Below, one piece after another: positions 18,885 to 28,575 of a DNA stretch of 64,000 nucleotides (position 1 is its first letter; the number at the start of each line of letters is the position of its first letter). The stretch is from Candidatus Sumerlaeota bacterium (GTDB lineage: Bacteria; Sumerlaeota; Sumerlaeia; MWCT01; JAUWMI01): contig JAUWMI010000019.1 in the NCBI GenBank assembly GCA_030613245.1, positions 6,728 to 70,727 on the forward strand, given 5' to 3'. The notes under the pieces are model-generated. The model was not told the origin of the DNA. It saw nothing but the letters and a program-made list of their open reading frames with translations, and did not search any database. The position numbers and the translations under genes are program-made.

Positions 18885-20153
18885 ATGATTCAGCGCCTGC
18901 TGGTGACTCTTGGAATCGTATGTATTGTTGCTTCTTGCTGGGGTGCACAAGGGCAAGAGTCCATACAGGTATCTGAAGGCAAGACTACGCCTACGATTAT
19001 TGAATTCCGCGGCGTCTGGGCTGGCACCCGGAGCTTTAATACGCCCGAGAAGCTCAAGACCTTCCTCGACCGCCTTGAGCAGGCCAATATGAACGGGATC
19101 ATCGCCATCGCCTACCTGAATGGCTTTGCTTGCTATCCGTCTGATATTGCGCCCCGTCATGCTAATAGCGTCAATCCCGATGATCCCAACTTCGATCCGC
19201 TGGGCGAGCTGGTTGCCGCTGCTCATCAGCGTGGCATACAGGTGCATGTGTATCTTACCTCGGTCTTGAATAATCGCTACCGGAAGGTCAAGAATCACTC
19301 GCTCACGCTTCACCCCGAATGGGCCACTGCCGACCAGACCGGCCGCTCGCTTATGAAGTACTCGGAAAAGAAGTTGAAAAAACTTGGCGTAGAAGGCGTC
19401 TACCTTGATCCCGGGAATCTGGCAGCGCGAAAATACATCGTGGATATCCATATCGAGGTGATAAAAAAATACGATATAGATGGCATTCAGTTCGACTACA
19501 TCCGCTTTCCCAGCACCTACCAGATGAATGCCGGCTCGTACTTCCCGGGCATTCACTTTGGCTACAATCGCGAGAGCCGCAAGCGATTTCAGCAGGAGCA
19601 TGGGTACGACCCGCTTGACATGGTGCGTCACCGCGACCGGTATATTGAGAAGTTGGGGAGGCAGACCTACAGAGAGCGCTGCATGGCGTGGGATAAATGG
19701 CGTCGGGATCAGATTACTGCGATTGTGCGTGAGGTACGCGCCGAGCAGAAGATCATCAGGCCGCAGCTCTGGGTGACTGCAGCTGCCATTGCGTTTCCCG
19801 ATCGTGCGTACCTGGCGCTCTGTCAAGACTGGCGCGGCTGGATGGATGAGGGCTTGCTGGATGCCGTGGCACCCATGGCCTATTCGATGAATAGCCAGCT
19901 GGTAAAGTATATGACTCGGAGTGCAGCGGCAAACGTGAGGCCAGGCCAGGAGCTCTGGGCAGGCCTGGGTGCGTATATGCTCGACGGTAAGGAGCAGGAG
20001 CTGGTTCGCCAGGTGGAGCTGAGCCGTGCTGCCGGCGCCAATGGGATTGTCTTCTTTGCCTCGCGTTCAATTATCCGAAACGACGCACTTGTCAAGGCCC
20101 TGCGCACGAGCTGCTTTCGCATGCCCGCCTTGCCGCCCACACTGGGCCAGTAG
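18885..20153 (+). CDS. glycoside hydrolase-like GHL10 (DUF187) family protein, secreted
   Basis: EGVYLDPGN..YDIDGIQFDYIRFP block. Paralogous to 54164..55909. Signal-like N-terminus. Confidence 0.7.
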   Translation: MIQRLLVTLGIVCIVASCWGAQGQESIQVSEGKTTPTIIEFRGVWAGTRSFNTPEKLKTFLDRLEQANMNGIIAIAYLNGFACYPSDIAPRHANSVNPDDPNFDPLGELVAAAHQRGIQVHVYLTSVLNNRYRKVKNHSLTLHPEWATADQTGRSLMKYSEKKLKKLGVEGVYLDPGNLAARKYIVDIHIEVIKKYDIDGIQFDYIRFPSTYQMNAGSYFPGIHFGYNRESRKRFQQEHGYDPLDMVRHRDRYIEKLGRQTYRERCMAWDKWRRDQITAIVREVRAEQKIIRPQLWVTAAAIAFPDRAYLALCQDWRGWMDEGLLDAVAPMAYSMNSQLVKYMTRSAAANVRPGQELWAGLGAYMLDGKEQELVRQVELSRAAGANGIVFFASRSIIRNDALVKALRTSCFRMPALPPTLGQ

Positions 20154-20234
20154 GCCCCGCAATCACTTCCAATTTTAAGACAGCCTCGAGAGCGCATCGC
20201 CCTTCCGGTGGACAGATGTTCTGTAAATATTCCC

Positions 20235-20262
20235 TTGACAAATTCCTGCAATAGGATAATAT
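20235..20262 (+). promoter_or_regulatory. candidate sigma70-type promoter of the toxin-antitoxin pair
   Basis: TTGACA (20235-20240), 16-nt spacer, TAATAT (20257-20262); 66 nt upstream of the start codon. Confidence 0.35.
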
Positions 20263-20328
20263 GATATTCGAATTTATTCCTAAAGTGTACAAATTAATGG
20301 CCAAACCGAGAAATGTGAGGTTGGAAGA

Positions 20329-20628
20329 ATGCCAGTTACTAAAATAACTCGCCGACACCAAGTGACAATTCCTAAGGACATCTTCGATCAGCTAGCCTTA
20401 GAGGAAGGGGACTTTTTAGACGTCCGAAGTCATAATAACGCTATAGTGATGGTCCCCAAGAAATTGATTCCCAAAGACCAGGAGTGGTTCTGGACTCGTG
20501 AACACCAAGCAAGAGAACGGGAAGCCAACGCTGATCTGGCTGCTGGTCGCGTCCATGGGCCTTATGAAACAGCGGAGCAGGCAGTCGGCGCTCTCCGGGA
20601 TAAACGCAAGCGTGTGCGCAAGGCCTAA
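20329..20628 (+). CDS. AbrB/MazE/SpoVT-family antitoxin
   Basis: ITRRHQVTIPKDIFDQLALEEGDFLDV is a swapped-hairpin AbrB-type motif. Lies directly upstream of the toxin gene. Confidence 0.75.
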   Translation: MPVTKITRRHQVTIPKDIFDQLALEEGDFLDVRSHNNAIVMVPKKLIPKDQEWFWTREHQAREREANADLAAGRVHGPYETAEQAVGALRDKRKRVRKA

Positions 20629-20633
20629 CTTGT

Positions 20634-20891
20634 ATGCGAATCATCTACACCGAATCGTTCTGCCGGGATTATGACAAGCTGCCTCCGGGTCTCCAATCTC
20701 AAATTCAGAAGAAAATTCGTCTTCTGGCCCAAAACCCCCGTCATCCCTCATTACGAACCAAGAAACTAGAGGGCACCGCTGATATTTTTGAAGGACATTT
20801 TACCGCTGGCTACTGTTTTACTTTTCAGCGGAAAGCCCAGACTCTTTATCTGAGGCGTATAGGTCGTCACGATATTTATAAAAAGCCTTAA
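20634..20891 (+). CDS. RelE/ParE-family toxin
   Basis: 85 aa. F..DYDKLP..Q..I.KKI..L..NP.HPSL..KKL.G....F..........YLRRIG.HD.Y follows the RelE/ParE pattern. Confidence 0.7.
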   Translation: MRIIYTESFCRDYDKLPPGLQSQIQKKIRLLAQNPRHPSLRTKKLEGTADIFEGHFTAGYCFTFQRKAQTLYLRRIGRHDIYKKP

Positions 20892-21041
20892 GACTCACAA
20901 CCCATCTTCTAAAGCCATTGTCAATAAGCAAACCCCAATGAGGACCATTGCACTTCAATCTGCAAGTCTTAAAAGTTCAGTTACATGCATCATTGCCAAA
21001 CGCAGAAAAGGCATTTAGAGCAGATAACAAAAGGAAATATC

Positions 21042-21080
21042 AAACCACGACGGCCCGACGTGCATGCGCCTTAGGGACAT
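21042..21080. repeat. repeat family B copy
   Basis: aaaccacgacggcccgacgtgcatgcgccttagggacat. Confidence 0.8.
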
Positions 21081-21127
21081 TACTGTAAGGTTTGATTATC
21101 TTGTGCGAAAGCGGATATGTTAGAGAA

Positions 21128-24100
21128 ATGGCAAGATCGAAACTAAAACGGAGTATGGGCATGATTCTAGCCCTGTGTCTCCTGGTCTGCTATGCACATG
21201 GTGATCAGAAGAGCCATGCAGCGCAGTCTCCGGGCCGCATCTATGTGGTCTATTGCTCAGATACCGCAGTTTGGGGCGGCCTCAACGTTAACAACCTCTA
21301 CAACACCTTTAACATCACTGATGCCACCTACACCAGCCCATCAGGTAATGCTGCTCGCGTGATGCAGTCGAGTTTTCGCCTCAGTATTAGTGATAGCCTC
21401 GGGAATCCGGTTAAATTTACCTGGTTCATGATGGGCGGCTGCCTCTATAGCTTCTCGCTCAATTCATCGACCATTCTCGCCTTGGATCTTATGCTGGAAT
21501 ACCATGGAGACGAAATTGCGGCGTGGGGTGACGAGTTGAGCTATCACTACCACACGTGGGAATGGTCAGATCCTAATAGTGATACCGTCTTTCACTGGAA
21601 CCAAGCACCGACATTTTCGGGCTGTGAGGCCGACTTTGAATTCACCGTTGCCCACATGATCATTGACCACCTGGTCTTCTTTTCGACATTTCGCAGCGGC
21701 TGGAACACGATGGATAACTACTGGCAGAACTACCTGGACGATCTGCTTCCCTATCGGATGGAAAACTGGTCGCCCAATTTGCGGCTCTCTGATCCTGAAC
21801 CTGTGGATAATATCTACGATTGGTCGCGTGCACCGCTTGAGTGGGTGCCGTATCATCCTAGTAAGGAGGATTACCAGGTTCCTGGTACCATGCGGGGATG
21901 GGAAGCGCGCTGTATGTATAACAAGGCGCTGACACAGAGCGAATTGAACGGTGTGTTTGCCCAGGCTGCCGCTGGAATTGATCAGGTGATGGTGCTCTGG
22001 TCGCATCTCCCGGAAGCCGATTTCCCCGAGCAGATCACGGCGTTGCACAATATGTTCGTGCAGGGTCATGCGCTTTATCCCACCGTGGAGTTTGAATATT
22101 GCACGGGTATTGAGGCGATGCAGAAGTGGCGTAAGACAGCGGACACGGAGGCGCCGGAAGTCGGATTGTTCCTGGACCGCCAAGAGAGTCCCTGGGAATT
22201 TGTGATTCGAACTGATGAAGCAATTTACCAGAGGAAGCCTTTTGTTGCATACAGAGCTGCCTCAGGAATTGTTTCAACATGTGATGCCACATCGCTGAGC
22301 CAGACATCGTGGCAGTTTACGTACGATGATGTGGCTGATCCGCTCGAGAAGATCGGCATTGGCGTGTGCGATCTCGCGGGCAATCCTGCAGCCCTCTCGC
22401 GTGTGGTTGAACATTTCACCCTTGATACGGTTCCGAATATTGCCATTCTGCTTCCGAATGCTGAGGCGCATAGCGCCGATGCCTTCTTTCCGCTCGTATG
22501 GGAATGCTCTGCGCTTGCGGATGCTGCTACCGTGAGTCTTTACTACGATAGTGATGCTGTGGGGCTGGACGGCACGCTTATCGCTTCGATGTCTTCTGTG
22601 AGTTCTGGCGAGCAGATGTCTATCTGGGATACCAGTCTCATGCCGCCCGGCAGCTATTACGTCTATGGGATCATTGACGATGGCCGCAATCCAGGTATTT
22701 TTGACTATTCAGATGTCGCGCTTGTGATTACCCACGCAACAGGCGACATTCAGGCGCCCTTGCCTGTGACCGACCTGGCAGCAAATGATGCGATTGCAGG
22801 CGAAGTGCAGCTCACCTGGTCCCTGCCTGCCGCGGCACCGGATGACGACCTCCCGGAGATTTACCTGATATATCGCGCCCGCGATGTTCCAGTTGATGCG
22901 CCGCGCACCGAGCTTTTAATTGGTGCGGCTGACAGCATGGCAACACAGTGGACAGATCAAGAAGTGAGCACAGCGCTCTATTACTATGCAATCACCACTC
23001 TGGATGAGGCAAGCAACGAGAGCAGCCTGTCGAACCAGGCCGTTGCCATGCCCGTGGGCGTTGACCGCACTCCCCCATGCGCGGTTGTTGGCCTGAGTAT
23101 TGATTCAAACCTCGATCGCGCTCTTCGTCTCTCCTGGTCAACGCCACCTCCAGCGTCTGACAGTGAGTTCCCTGACCATTATGAAATATACCGTGCCACG
23201 AGCTCGCCGCTGGACTACACAGACCTTGCAAACCGAGTTCACGTAACCTCTGGTGCAGATACAGGCTGGACCGATACAAACCTCCTGATCGGCCAGCGCT
23301 ACTACTACGTGGTGCGAAGCGTTGATACCGCAGGTAATCGCTCAGCGCCATCAGGCGAGGTGAGCGCTGTGGCAGGCCTCAAACCCGTCACATTCCAGCC
23401 GCTCTGGGCTATCACTGCTGGCGGCTTCTCTCAAAATAGCATTCGCCGTATCATCTATAATCGCCACACCGGCCATGTCTTGCTGGGCGACGTTGATGAT
23501 GACGCGATCCATATGGCTGATGCCACGACTGGAGCACCGCTTGGCAACAGCCTGTCACAACCCGCTGGCGGGTGGAGCTGGCTCGGCCCCTACGGACTTA
23601 CGATTGACGACGCGGGCGTCATCTACGCGAATCAGTATGCTGGCAACGACGCTATATACCGCTGGCAGTCAGAAGATGACGAGCCAACCACTGCGATCAG
23701 CCCGATGCATACAGACACTGACACGCGCGGCGTATTTGCTATCGGCACAGGCTCGGGCACGGAAATATTTGCTGTCGCTGACGACAATGTCTGCCGCATC
23801 TATACGACCGACGATGGGCTGAACTTTACGCTGGATGAGAGCTTTGCCACCAGCCCGACCTCCGCGCAACATGGCATCTGGGTCAGCGGAGCAGGTGATG
23901 AGATCTACTGTACGAAAATAGGATCCGATCCTGCATACTTTCAGCGCTGGGTGAAGAGCAGCGGCAGCTGGGTACGCGACACCACTTTCGCACCTGCGGT
24001 TTCCACTGTTGACTCCGTTTTTAAGGCATCTGAGCGCTATCTCTTCGTTGCTAACTATGGAGCAAACAGAATTCAGGCGCTCGACCCTTACACCGGCTAC

Positions 24101-24277
24101 TTGATCAGTGGATACGCTCTGCCAGGCTCATCATCATATCCAAGCATGGGGTTGTATGTGGATGTGGCAACGCACCGAATTTTCTGGTCGCGACGTGGTA
24201 TTGGCTACGGGTGTGTAATGTACAACTCCGAGGAAGTCACAACGCCCGCAGGCCCGCTCTGGGTACTTTATGAATAG
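21128..24277 (+). CDS. large secreted protein with fibronectin type III repeats and C-terminal beta-propeller-like region (1049 aa)
   Basis: MARSKLKRSMGMILALCLLVCYAHG is signal-like. Two FN3-like units (..LTWSLPAA..YYYAITTLDEASNES.. and ..LSWSTPPP..YYYVVRSVDTAGNRS..). Start chosen at the first ATG, since the ORF track start is TTG 21092. Confidence 0.7.
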   Translation: MARSKLKRSMGMILALCLLVCYAHGDQKSHAAQSPGRIYVVYCSDTAVWGGLNVNNLYNTFNITDATYTSPSGNAARVMQSSFRLSISDSLGNPVKFTWFMMGGCLYSFSLNSSTILALDLMLEYHGDEIAAWGDELSYHYHTWEWSDPNSDTVFHWNQAPTFSGCEADFEFTVAHMIIDHLVFFSTFRSGWNTMDNYWQNYLDDLLPYRMENWSPNLRLSDPEPVDNIYDWSRAPLEWVPYHPSKEDYQVPGTMRGWEARCMYNKALTQSELNGVFAQAAAGIDQVMVLWSHLPEADFPEQITALHNMFVQGHALYPTVEFEYCTGIEAMQKWRKTADTEAPEVGLFLDRQESPWEFVIRTDEAIYQRKPFVAYRAASGIVSTCDATSLSQTSWQFTYDDVADPLEKIGIGVCDLAGNPAALSRVVEHFTLDTVPNIAILLPNAEAHSADAFFPLVWECSALADAATVSLYYDSDAVGLDGTLIASMSSVSSGEQMSIWDTSLMPPGSYYVYGIIDDGRNPGIFDYSDVALVITHATGDIQAPLPVTDLAANDAIAGEVQLTWSLPAAAPDDDLPEIYLIYRARDVPVDAPRTELLIGAADSMATQWTDQEVSTALYYYAITTLDEASNESSLSNQAVAMPVGVDRTPPCAVVGLSIDSNLDRALRLSWSTPPPASDSEFPDHYEIYRATSSPLDYTDLANRVHVTSGADTGWTDTNLLIGQRYYYVVRSVDTAGNRSAPSGEVSAVAGLKPVTFQPLWAITAGGFSQNSIRRIIYNRHTGHVLLGDVDDDAIHMADATTGAPLGNSLSQPAGGWSWLGPYGLTIDDAGVIYANQYAGNDAIYRWQSEDDEPTTAISPMHTDTDTRGVFAIGTGSGTEIFAVADDNVCRIYTTDDGLNFTLDESFATSPTSAQHGIWVSGAGDEIYCTKIGSDPAYFQRWVKSSGSWVRDTTFAPAVSTVDSVFKASERYLFVANYGANRIQALDPYTGYLISGYALPGSSSYPSMGLYVDVATHRIFWSRRGIGYGCVMYNSEEVTTPAGPLWVLYE

Positions 24278-24438
24278 CAGGGGAGCGGTTCGAGAAGCAG
24301 CGCCCTGGCAACGTAGGGCTATCTTGCGGTCTCTAGGGGTGCAGCTTCCTTCAACGTTCTGGCTTTGCTTGACTATATGCGATAAGGGGCATAACGTAGA
24401 GTTTGCTTATCTTGTGGGAAAGGGGAAAAGTCAAAGAA

Positions 24439-24915
24439 ATGGCCAGATCGAAGCGAAAACAGGGTAGCGGCATGGTGCGCATGGTTGACGTTTCCGGGAA
24501 GCGCATAACCCAGCGTACTGCAGCGGCTGAGGGTACCATAAGTATGAACAAGGAAGCATTTCAGGCGATTCTAAAAGGCACGGTGCCGAAGGGCGATGTT
24601 TTTGGTGCAGCCCGGGTGGCGGGAATTCTTGCGGCAAAACAGACAGCCATCCTTATTCCACTCTGCCACCCGCTTCAGATTCAGGCTGCGGATATTGAGC
24701 TTAAACCGGATGCGAAGACAAGGTCTGTTGAATGCAGGTCATCCGTCAAGATAAAAGACAGGACGGGTGCCGAGATGGAAGCCCTCACTGCAGTGGCGGT
24801 TGCACTCCTCACCATATACGATATGTGCAAGGCTATTGACCCGTGCATGACAATCTCTAACCTCAGACTTATCAAGAAAACAGGCGGCAAAAGCCGCACG
24901 TTTACCCGCCCTTAG
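24439..24915 (+). CDS. moaC: cyclic pyranopterin monophosphate synthase
   Basis: MVDVSGKRITQRTAAAEG.., IPLCHPL, DMCKA blocks. Start is either ATG 24439 (MARSKRKQGSG extension) or ATG 24472. Confidence 0.9.
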   Translation: MARSKRKQGSGMVRMVDVSGKRITQRTAAAEGTISMNKEAFQAILKGTVPKGDVFGAARVAGILAAKQTAILIPLCHPLQIQAADIELKPDAKTRSVECRSSVKIKDRTGAEMEALTAVAVALLTIYDMCKAIDPCMTISNLRLIKKTGGKSRTFTRP

Positions 24916-25046
24916 TTTCTGGCCAAGTCAGCACCTAAAACCTGTTATGTGTCACGGTAAGTTGCTTGACAACCAGAACCTCTTTTTTATTAAAAGTAGT
25001 CACAGGGGCGCAGAGACACAGAGTACATCAAAGAGAGAAAAATTGT

Positions 25047-25073
25047 AAAATGCAAATTTTAAATTTGCATTTT
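25047..25073. repeat. perfect AT-rich palindrome between convergent moaC and mutL (possible bidirectional terminator or protein site)
   Basis: aaaatgcaaattt-t-aaatttgcatttt has 13-nt arms. An imperfect extension spans 25041-25086. Confidence 0.6.
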
Positions 25074-25111
25074 GCAATTTACAATTCAACGCTTTGTGTC
25101 TCAGTGGCTCT

Positions 25112-26968
25112 TTACTTGCGTTTGAACTGCTTATCGAGCTGGTCTTTGGTAAGAAGCATCATGGTAGGTCGGCCGTGTGGACAGGTAAACGAGAGGCGTG
25201 CAGAATAGATTTCTTCAACTAATCGGCGCATCTCTTCTGGCTGGAGTGCTTGACCGCTTTTAATTGCTGCATGGCAAGCCATGCGCGTTAGTATACGATC
25301 GCGAAGCACCTCGATTTCGCATTCCTTGCCCAGGTGCTCGAGATCATCCAGCAGGTCGTGAACAAGTGCCACTGCGTCAATGCTGTCGAAATCCGCAGGT
25401 AGCGAGCGCACCACGAATGTCTGGCCGCCAAAATGTTCAACCTCAATTCCGAGCCCTTGAAGATGAGGGACCAGCGTTTCCATGTAGACCAGATCTGAGA
25501 GCGAGACCTCAACGGTCAGCGGAATCAGGAGTGCCTGGGCTGCCGCCCGGGCTCGCCGCTGCTGGAGGCGGAGGTAGATAATACGCTCGTGTGCAGCGTG
25601 CTGATCTATGAGCAGAAGGTCTTCGCCAAGCTCTGCCACAATGTAGGTGTTCGCAATCTGGCCGATCGGGTGCGGTGCATAACCATGGCCGAAGATTGAC
25701 TCTTCTGTGGTCGGTACGGCTGGCGGCACAGTAGGCTCAGATGGGTGTGGTTGGAGCGGCGGTTCTTCCGTGGGGGGCTGCGGTGGCGCGGTCGTGGCCG
25801 CAGGCTGGGATGTCACCGGCTCCAGAGGCAATGCGGTCTGGTTCTTCGGGGCTTCAGGAGAAGGCTTTGCAAGTTGCTGCCTCAGCATTTCATCGGGCGA
25901 TACGAACACGCCAGCTACCCCCGCTGGTGGCTGAGCCGGTTTTGAAGGCTCTTGCGCAAGCCGTACCTGCGCCATCAGATTAGCTCCTCGTAAGGCTTCA
26001 ACCACTGCGCGGTTCAGGAGTCCCATTACCATTCGATCGTCGCGAAAGCGCACCTCCTCCTTGGTTGGGTGTACATTCACGTCAACGTCAGCCGGATTCA
26101 CCCGCAGGAAAAGCACTGCGATGGGAAAGTGTTGTGTAGTGAGCAGCCCTTTGTAAGCCCCTTCCAAGACGTAGGAAAGCCCGCGATGAGTGATCGGTCG
26201 GGAATTGACGAAAAAGTACTGGTGGCGGCGGTCGCGGCGTGTCCGCTCGGGCTTCACAATGTAGCCGAACACGCGCACGGGAAGCCCCTCGAGCCGCACT
26301 TCGATCAGGTGATCTTCAGCCATGCTTCCCAGCAGCTGAACAACGCGCGCACTGAGTTGCTGCTTGTCAGGGAGCTCGATCAGGCGTTTTCCATTTAATG
26401 AGAAGGTAAATCCAATCTCGGTATGAGCCAGGGCCTGGCGAGTGATGGCCTGGACAATGTGGTTCTGTTCGCTGGCCGGACTTTTCAGGAACTTCAGCCG
26501 GGCGGGCGTATTGAAGAAGAGCGAACGGATACAGACGGTTGTGCCAACCGGCGCACCGACATTGCTTTGCTCGGGGTCCTTGCCGCCCTCGGCGCGCAAC
26601 CGCACGCCATGAAGAGAGTCGCCACTGCGCGAAATCAACTCCAGATGGCACACCGCAGCGATACTCGCCAGTGCCTCGCCGCGAAACCCACGGGTCTCCA
26701 GTGTCTGAATATCCTCGTAGCGCGAAATCTTGCTGGTTGAATGCCGCTGGATCACGAGTGAGATATCCCCCGCTGCAATGCCCTCGCCGTTGTCTGTAAC
26801 CGTAATGTCGCGGCCTTGATTCTCTACCGTGATGGCAATCTGCGTGGCTCGGGCGTCTATGGAATTCTCGATCAATTCCTTCACCACTGACGCCGGCCGC
26901 ACAATTACCTCACCGGCGGCGATCTTATTAACGAGTACCTGTGGCAGAAGCTGGATACGATTGGCCAT
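25112..26968 (-). CDS. mutL: DNA mismatch repair protein MutL
   Basis: LVNKIAAGEVIVRPASVVKELIENSIDA GHKL N-terminus, Pro-rich linker, and a C-terminal dimerisation/endonuclease region. Confidence 0.95.
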   Translation of the reverse strand: MANRIQLLPQVLVNKIAAGEVIVRPASVVKELIENSIDARATQIAITVENQGRDITVTDNGEGIAAGDISLVIQRHSTSKISRYEDIQTLETRGFRGEALASIAAVCHLELISRSGDSLHGVRLRAEGGKDPEQSNVGAPVGTTVCIRSLFFNTPARLKFLKSPASEQNHIVQAITRQALAHTEIGFTFSLNGKRLIELPDKQQLSARVVQLLGSMAEDHLIEVRLEGLPVRVFGYIVKPERTRRDRRHQYFFVNSRPITHRGLSYVLEGAYKGLLTTQHFPIAVLFLRVNPADVDVNVHPTKEEVRFRDDRMVMGLLNRAVVEALRGANLMAQVRLAQEPSKPAQPPAGVAGVFVSPDEMLRQQLAKPSPEAPKNQTALPLEPVTSQPAATTAPPQPPTEEPPLQPHPSEPTVPPAVPTTEESIFGHGYAPHPIGQIANTYIVAELGEDLLLIDQHAAHERIIYLRLQQRRARAAAQALLIPLTVEVSLSDLVYMETLVPHLQGLGIEVEHFGGQTFVVRSLPADFDSIDAVALVHDLLDDLEHLGKECEIEVLRDRILTRMACHAAIKSGQALQPEEMRRLVEEIYSARLSFTCPHGRPTMMLLTKDQLDKQFKRK

Positions 26969-27372
26969 AAGCTCACGTAATCCTCGCTGCGTATGCGAAG
27001 CAGGGGGCTTCCTCCCAGCGAACGAGTTCTAGGTTAATTATGGATTATCTCCCCTGAAGAGAGTCTCTCTCGGTAAATTTCAGTCGCCCCAATACTCGAC
27101 TTGCACTTTTCTTTAATTATCTTTTCTGCAGCTGTAATGTCAAGCAGAGAACGGATCTCGCAGCAAGTATGTGTCTACAATGTCGGGTGGTGATTGTGTG
27201 TCGGGAGCGGGAATTCGTCCACCAGGTGGGATCAATAGTGTTGATCCGCGTAACCTTTCAGCCAATGGAGAGGTGCGTAAAAAATTCTTGTCAAGCTTCG
27301 GAAAACCTGCTAAGTGCAGTGGGAGTATTATTTGGAGAGGAAGTTAATTTTTTCCAGGAGCGAGACAGAGAG

Positions 27373-27564
27373 ATGCCGATAAAGATTACGATTGACGAAG
27401 AGGCGTGTATCGCGTGTGGAGCCTGTGAAGCCATCTGCCCCGATATCTTCTACATGGACGGCGATAAAGCGAAGGTGAAAAACGACGCCAATTTTAAGGA
27501 CCTAAAGGCAGAAATTGAAGATGCTCGAACCGGTTGCCCGGTTGAGTGTATAGCCGTGGAATAA
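27373..27564 (+). CDS. small [4Fe-4S]/[3Fe-4S] ferredoxin (63 aa)
   Basis: MPIKITIDEEACIACGACEAICPDIF..GCPVECIAVE. Start set at the internal ATG of ORF 27169..27564. Confidence 0.8.
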   Translation: MPIKITIDEEACIACGACEAICPDIFYMDGDKAKVKNDANFKDLKAEIEDARTGCPVECIAVE

Positions 27565-27607
27565 ATCCCCCCACGGTTTCTTAGAGCACCTAACAAAAAT
27601 AACTGTC

Positions 27608-27646
27608 AAACCACGACGGCACGACGCGAATGCGCCTCAGGCGCAT
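27608..27646. repeat. repeat family B copy
   Basis: aaaccacgacggcacgacgcgaatgcgcctcaggcgcat. Confidence 0.8.
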
Positions 27647-27669
27647 AAGCCGAATTAAAGATTCAAAAT

Positions 27670-27717
27670 GTAGGGGCGGGGTTAGCCCGCCCTGGGGCGA
27701 GGAGACCTCGCCCCTAC
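27670..27717. repeat. REP-type element, family A, double inner hairpin
   Basis: gtaggggcggggttagcccgccctggggcgaggagacctcgcccctac. Confidence 0.8.
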
Positions 27718-28575
27718 AAGGCATGTACGTTGTGTCGTAGTGGTTAATGCGCCTTAGGTGCACTTAGGCGAATAAAAACTTCATTTTGATAGTGTTTCTT
27801 AGTTTTTAATCATCACAACAGTTACTCGCCCAGAGAATCCGGCAAGAGCAGGACGCTCCTAGCGTGGCCTACGTGCAGTTGTATTGTTCGTAAGATCCCC
27901 CCGATCCCCGTCGTGATGGTTTATGTCCACTATCGGTGCTGCGTGCCGGTCGTCGCACGGCTTCGCCGGCATAGAAGCCATAATTGATATTAATGGTGCA
28001 GCCAACATCGCATAGGTCTGGTTCTTAATCAGAAAAGAGAGAATACAGAGAATTGGGTAATTTGAGGTTCTCTATTCGAAAGGAGCCGCTTTGCACAATC
28101 CCTTTCTTGTGGGCTTGTGTAAAAATTTTATACACAAACACTCCCAGATACCATAGACTATTGCTGGGTAAGAGATAAGCCTCTTTTATTGAAAGTTGGA
28201 GATTGAGAAAAGCTCTTGACAACATGCCGAAGGGGAGTAATAAAAAGTGTATATAAGAAGGAAAGAAAAGCCGCTGCTGGTTTTGTGCGCGCTATTTTGT
28301 GATAATTTTCTCAAGTTGCTGTGCCCAGGAATAATACGGATTTAACAATGTAAGCCATTTTGGCCGGAAAGATACAGGGAGCCAAGTCGTTTAGGTTTCC
28401 TAAATTTAAGGAATGATTTTGTGAAAATTAGAACATGGCCGAGCAGCGTTATCAATTCTAATCTCTTGGGTTTTCCTGGCTTATCTCGTTCTTTTACATG
28501 AATTACTGCTCTAAGATGCGCTCAATGCGCGTGAATTTGCCTTATTTCAAATTCTGTTAGAAGGAGAGTATCGGT

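Noticed and set aside
18777-19826. 349-aa ORF on the minus strand
   Set aside because: Entirely antisense to the GHL10 gene (18885..20153), which has clear family motifs. Composition is Arg/Leu/Ala-rich and shadow-like, and no motif was recognised.
24340-24471. Possible Moco riboswitch upstream of moaC
   Set aside because: I could not recognise the conserved Moco-motif elements. The only notable property of the leader is its similarity to the leader of the unrelated exoprotein gene at 21091.
25707-25983. Three overlapping 66-80-aa plus-strand ORFs
   Set aside because: They lie antisense to the Pro-rich linker of mutL. Gly/Trp/Arg-rich translations are typical of a GC-rich shadow.
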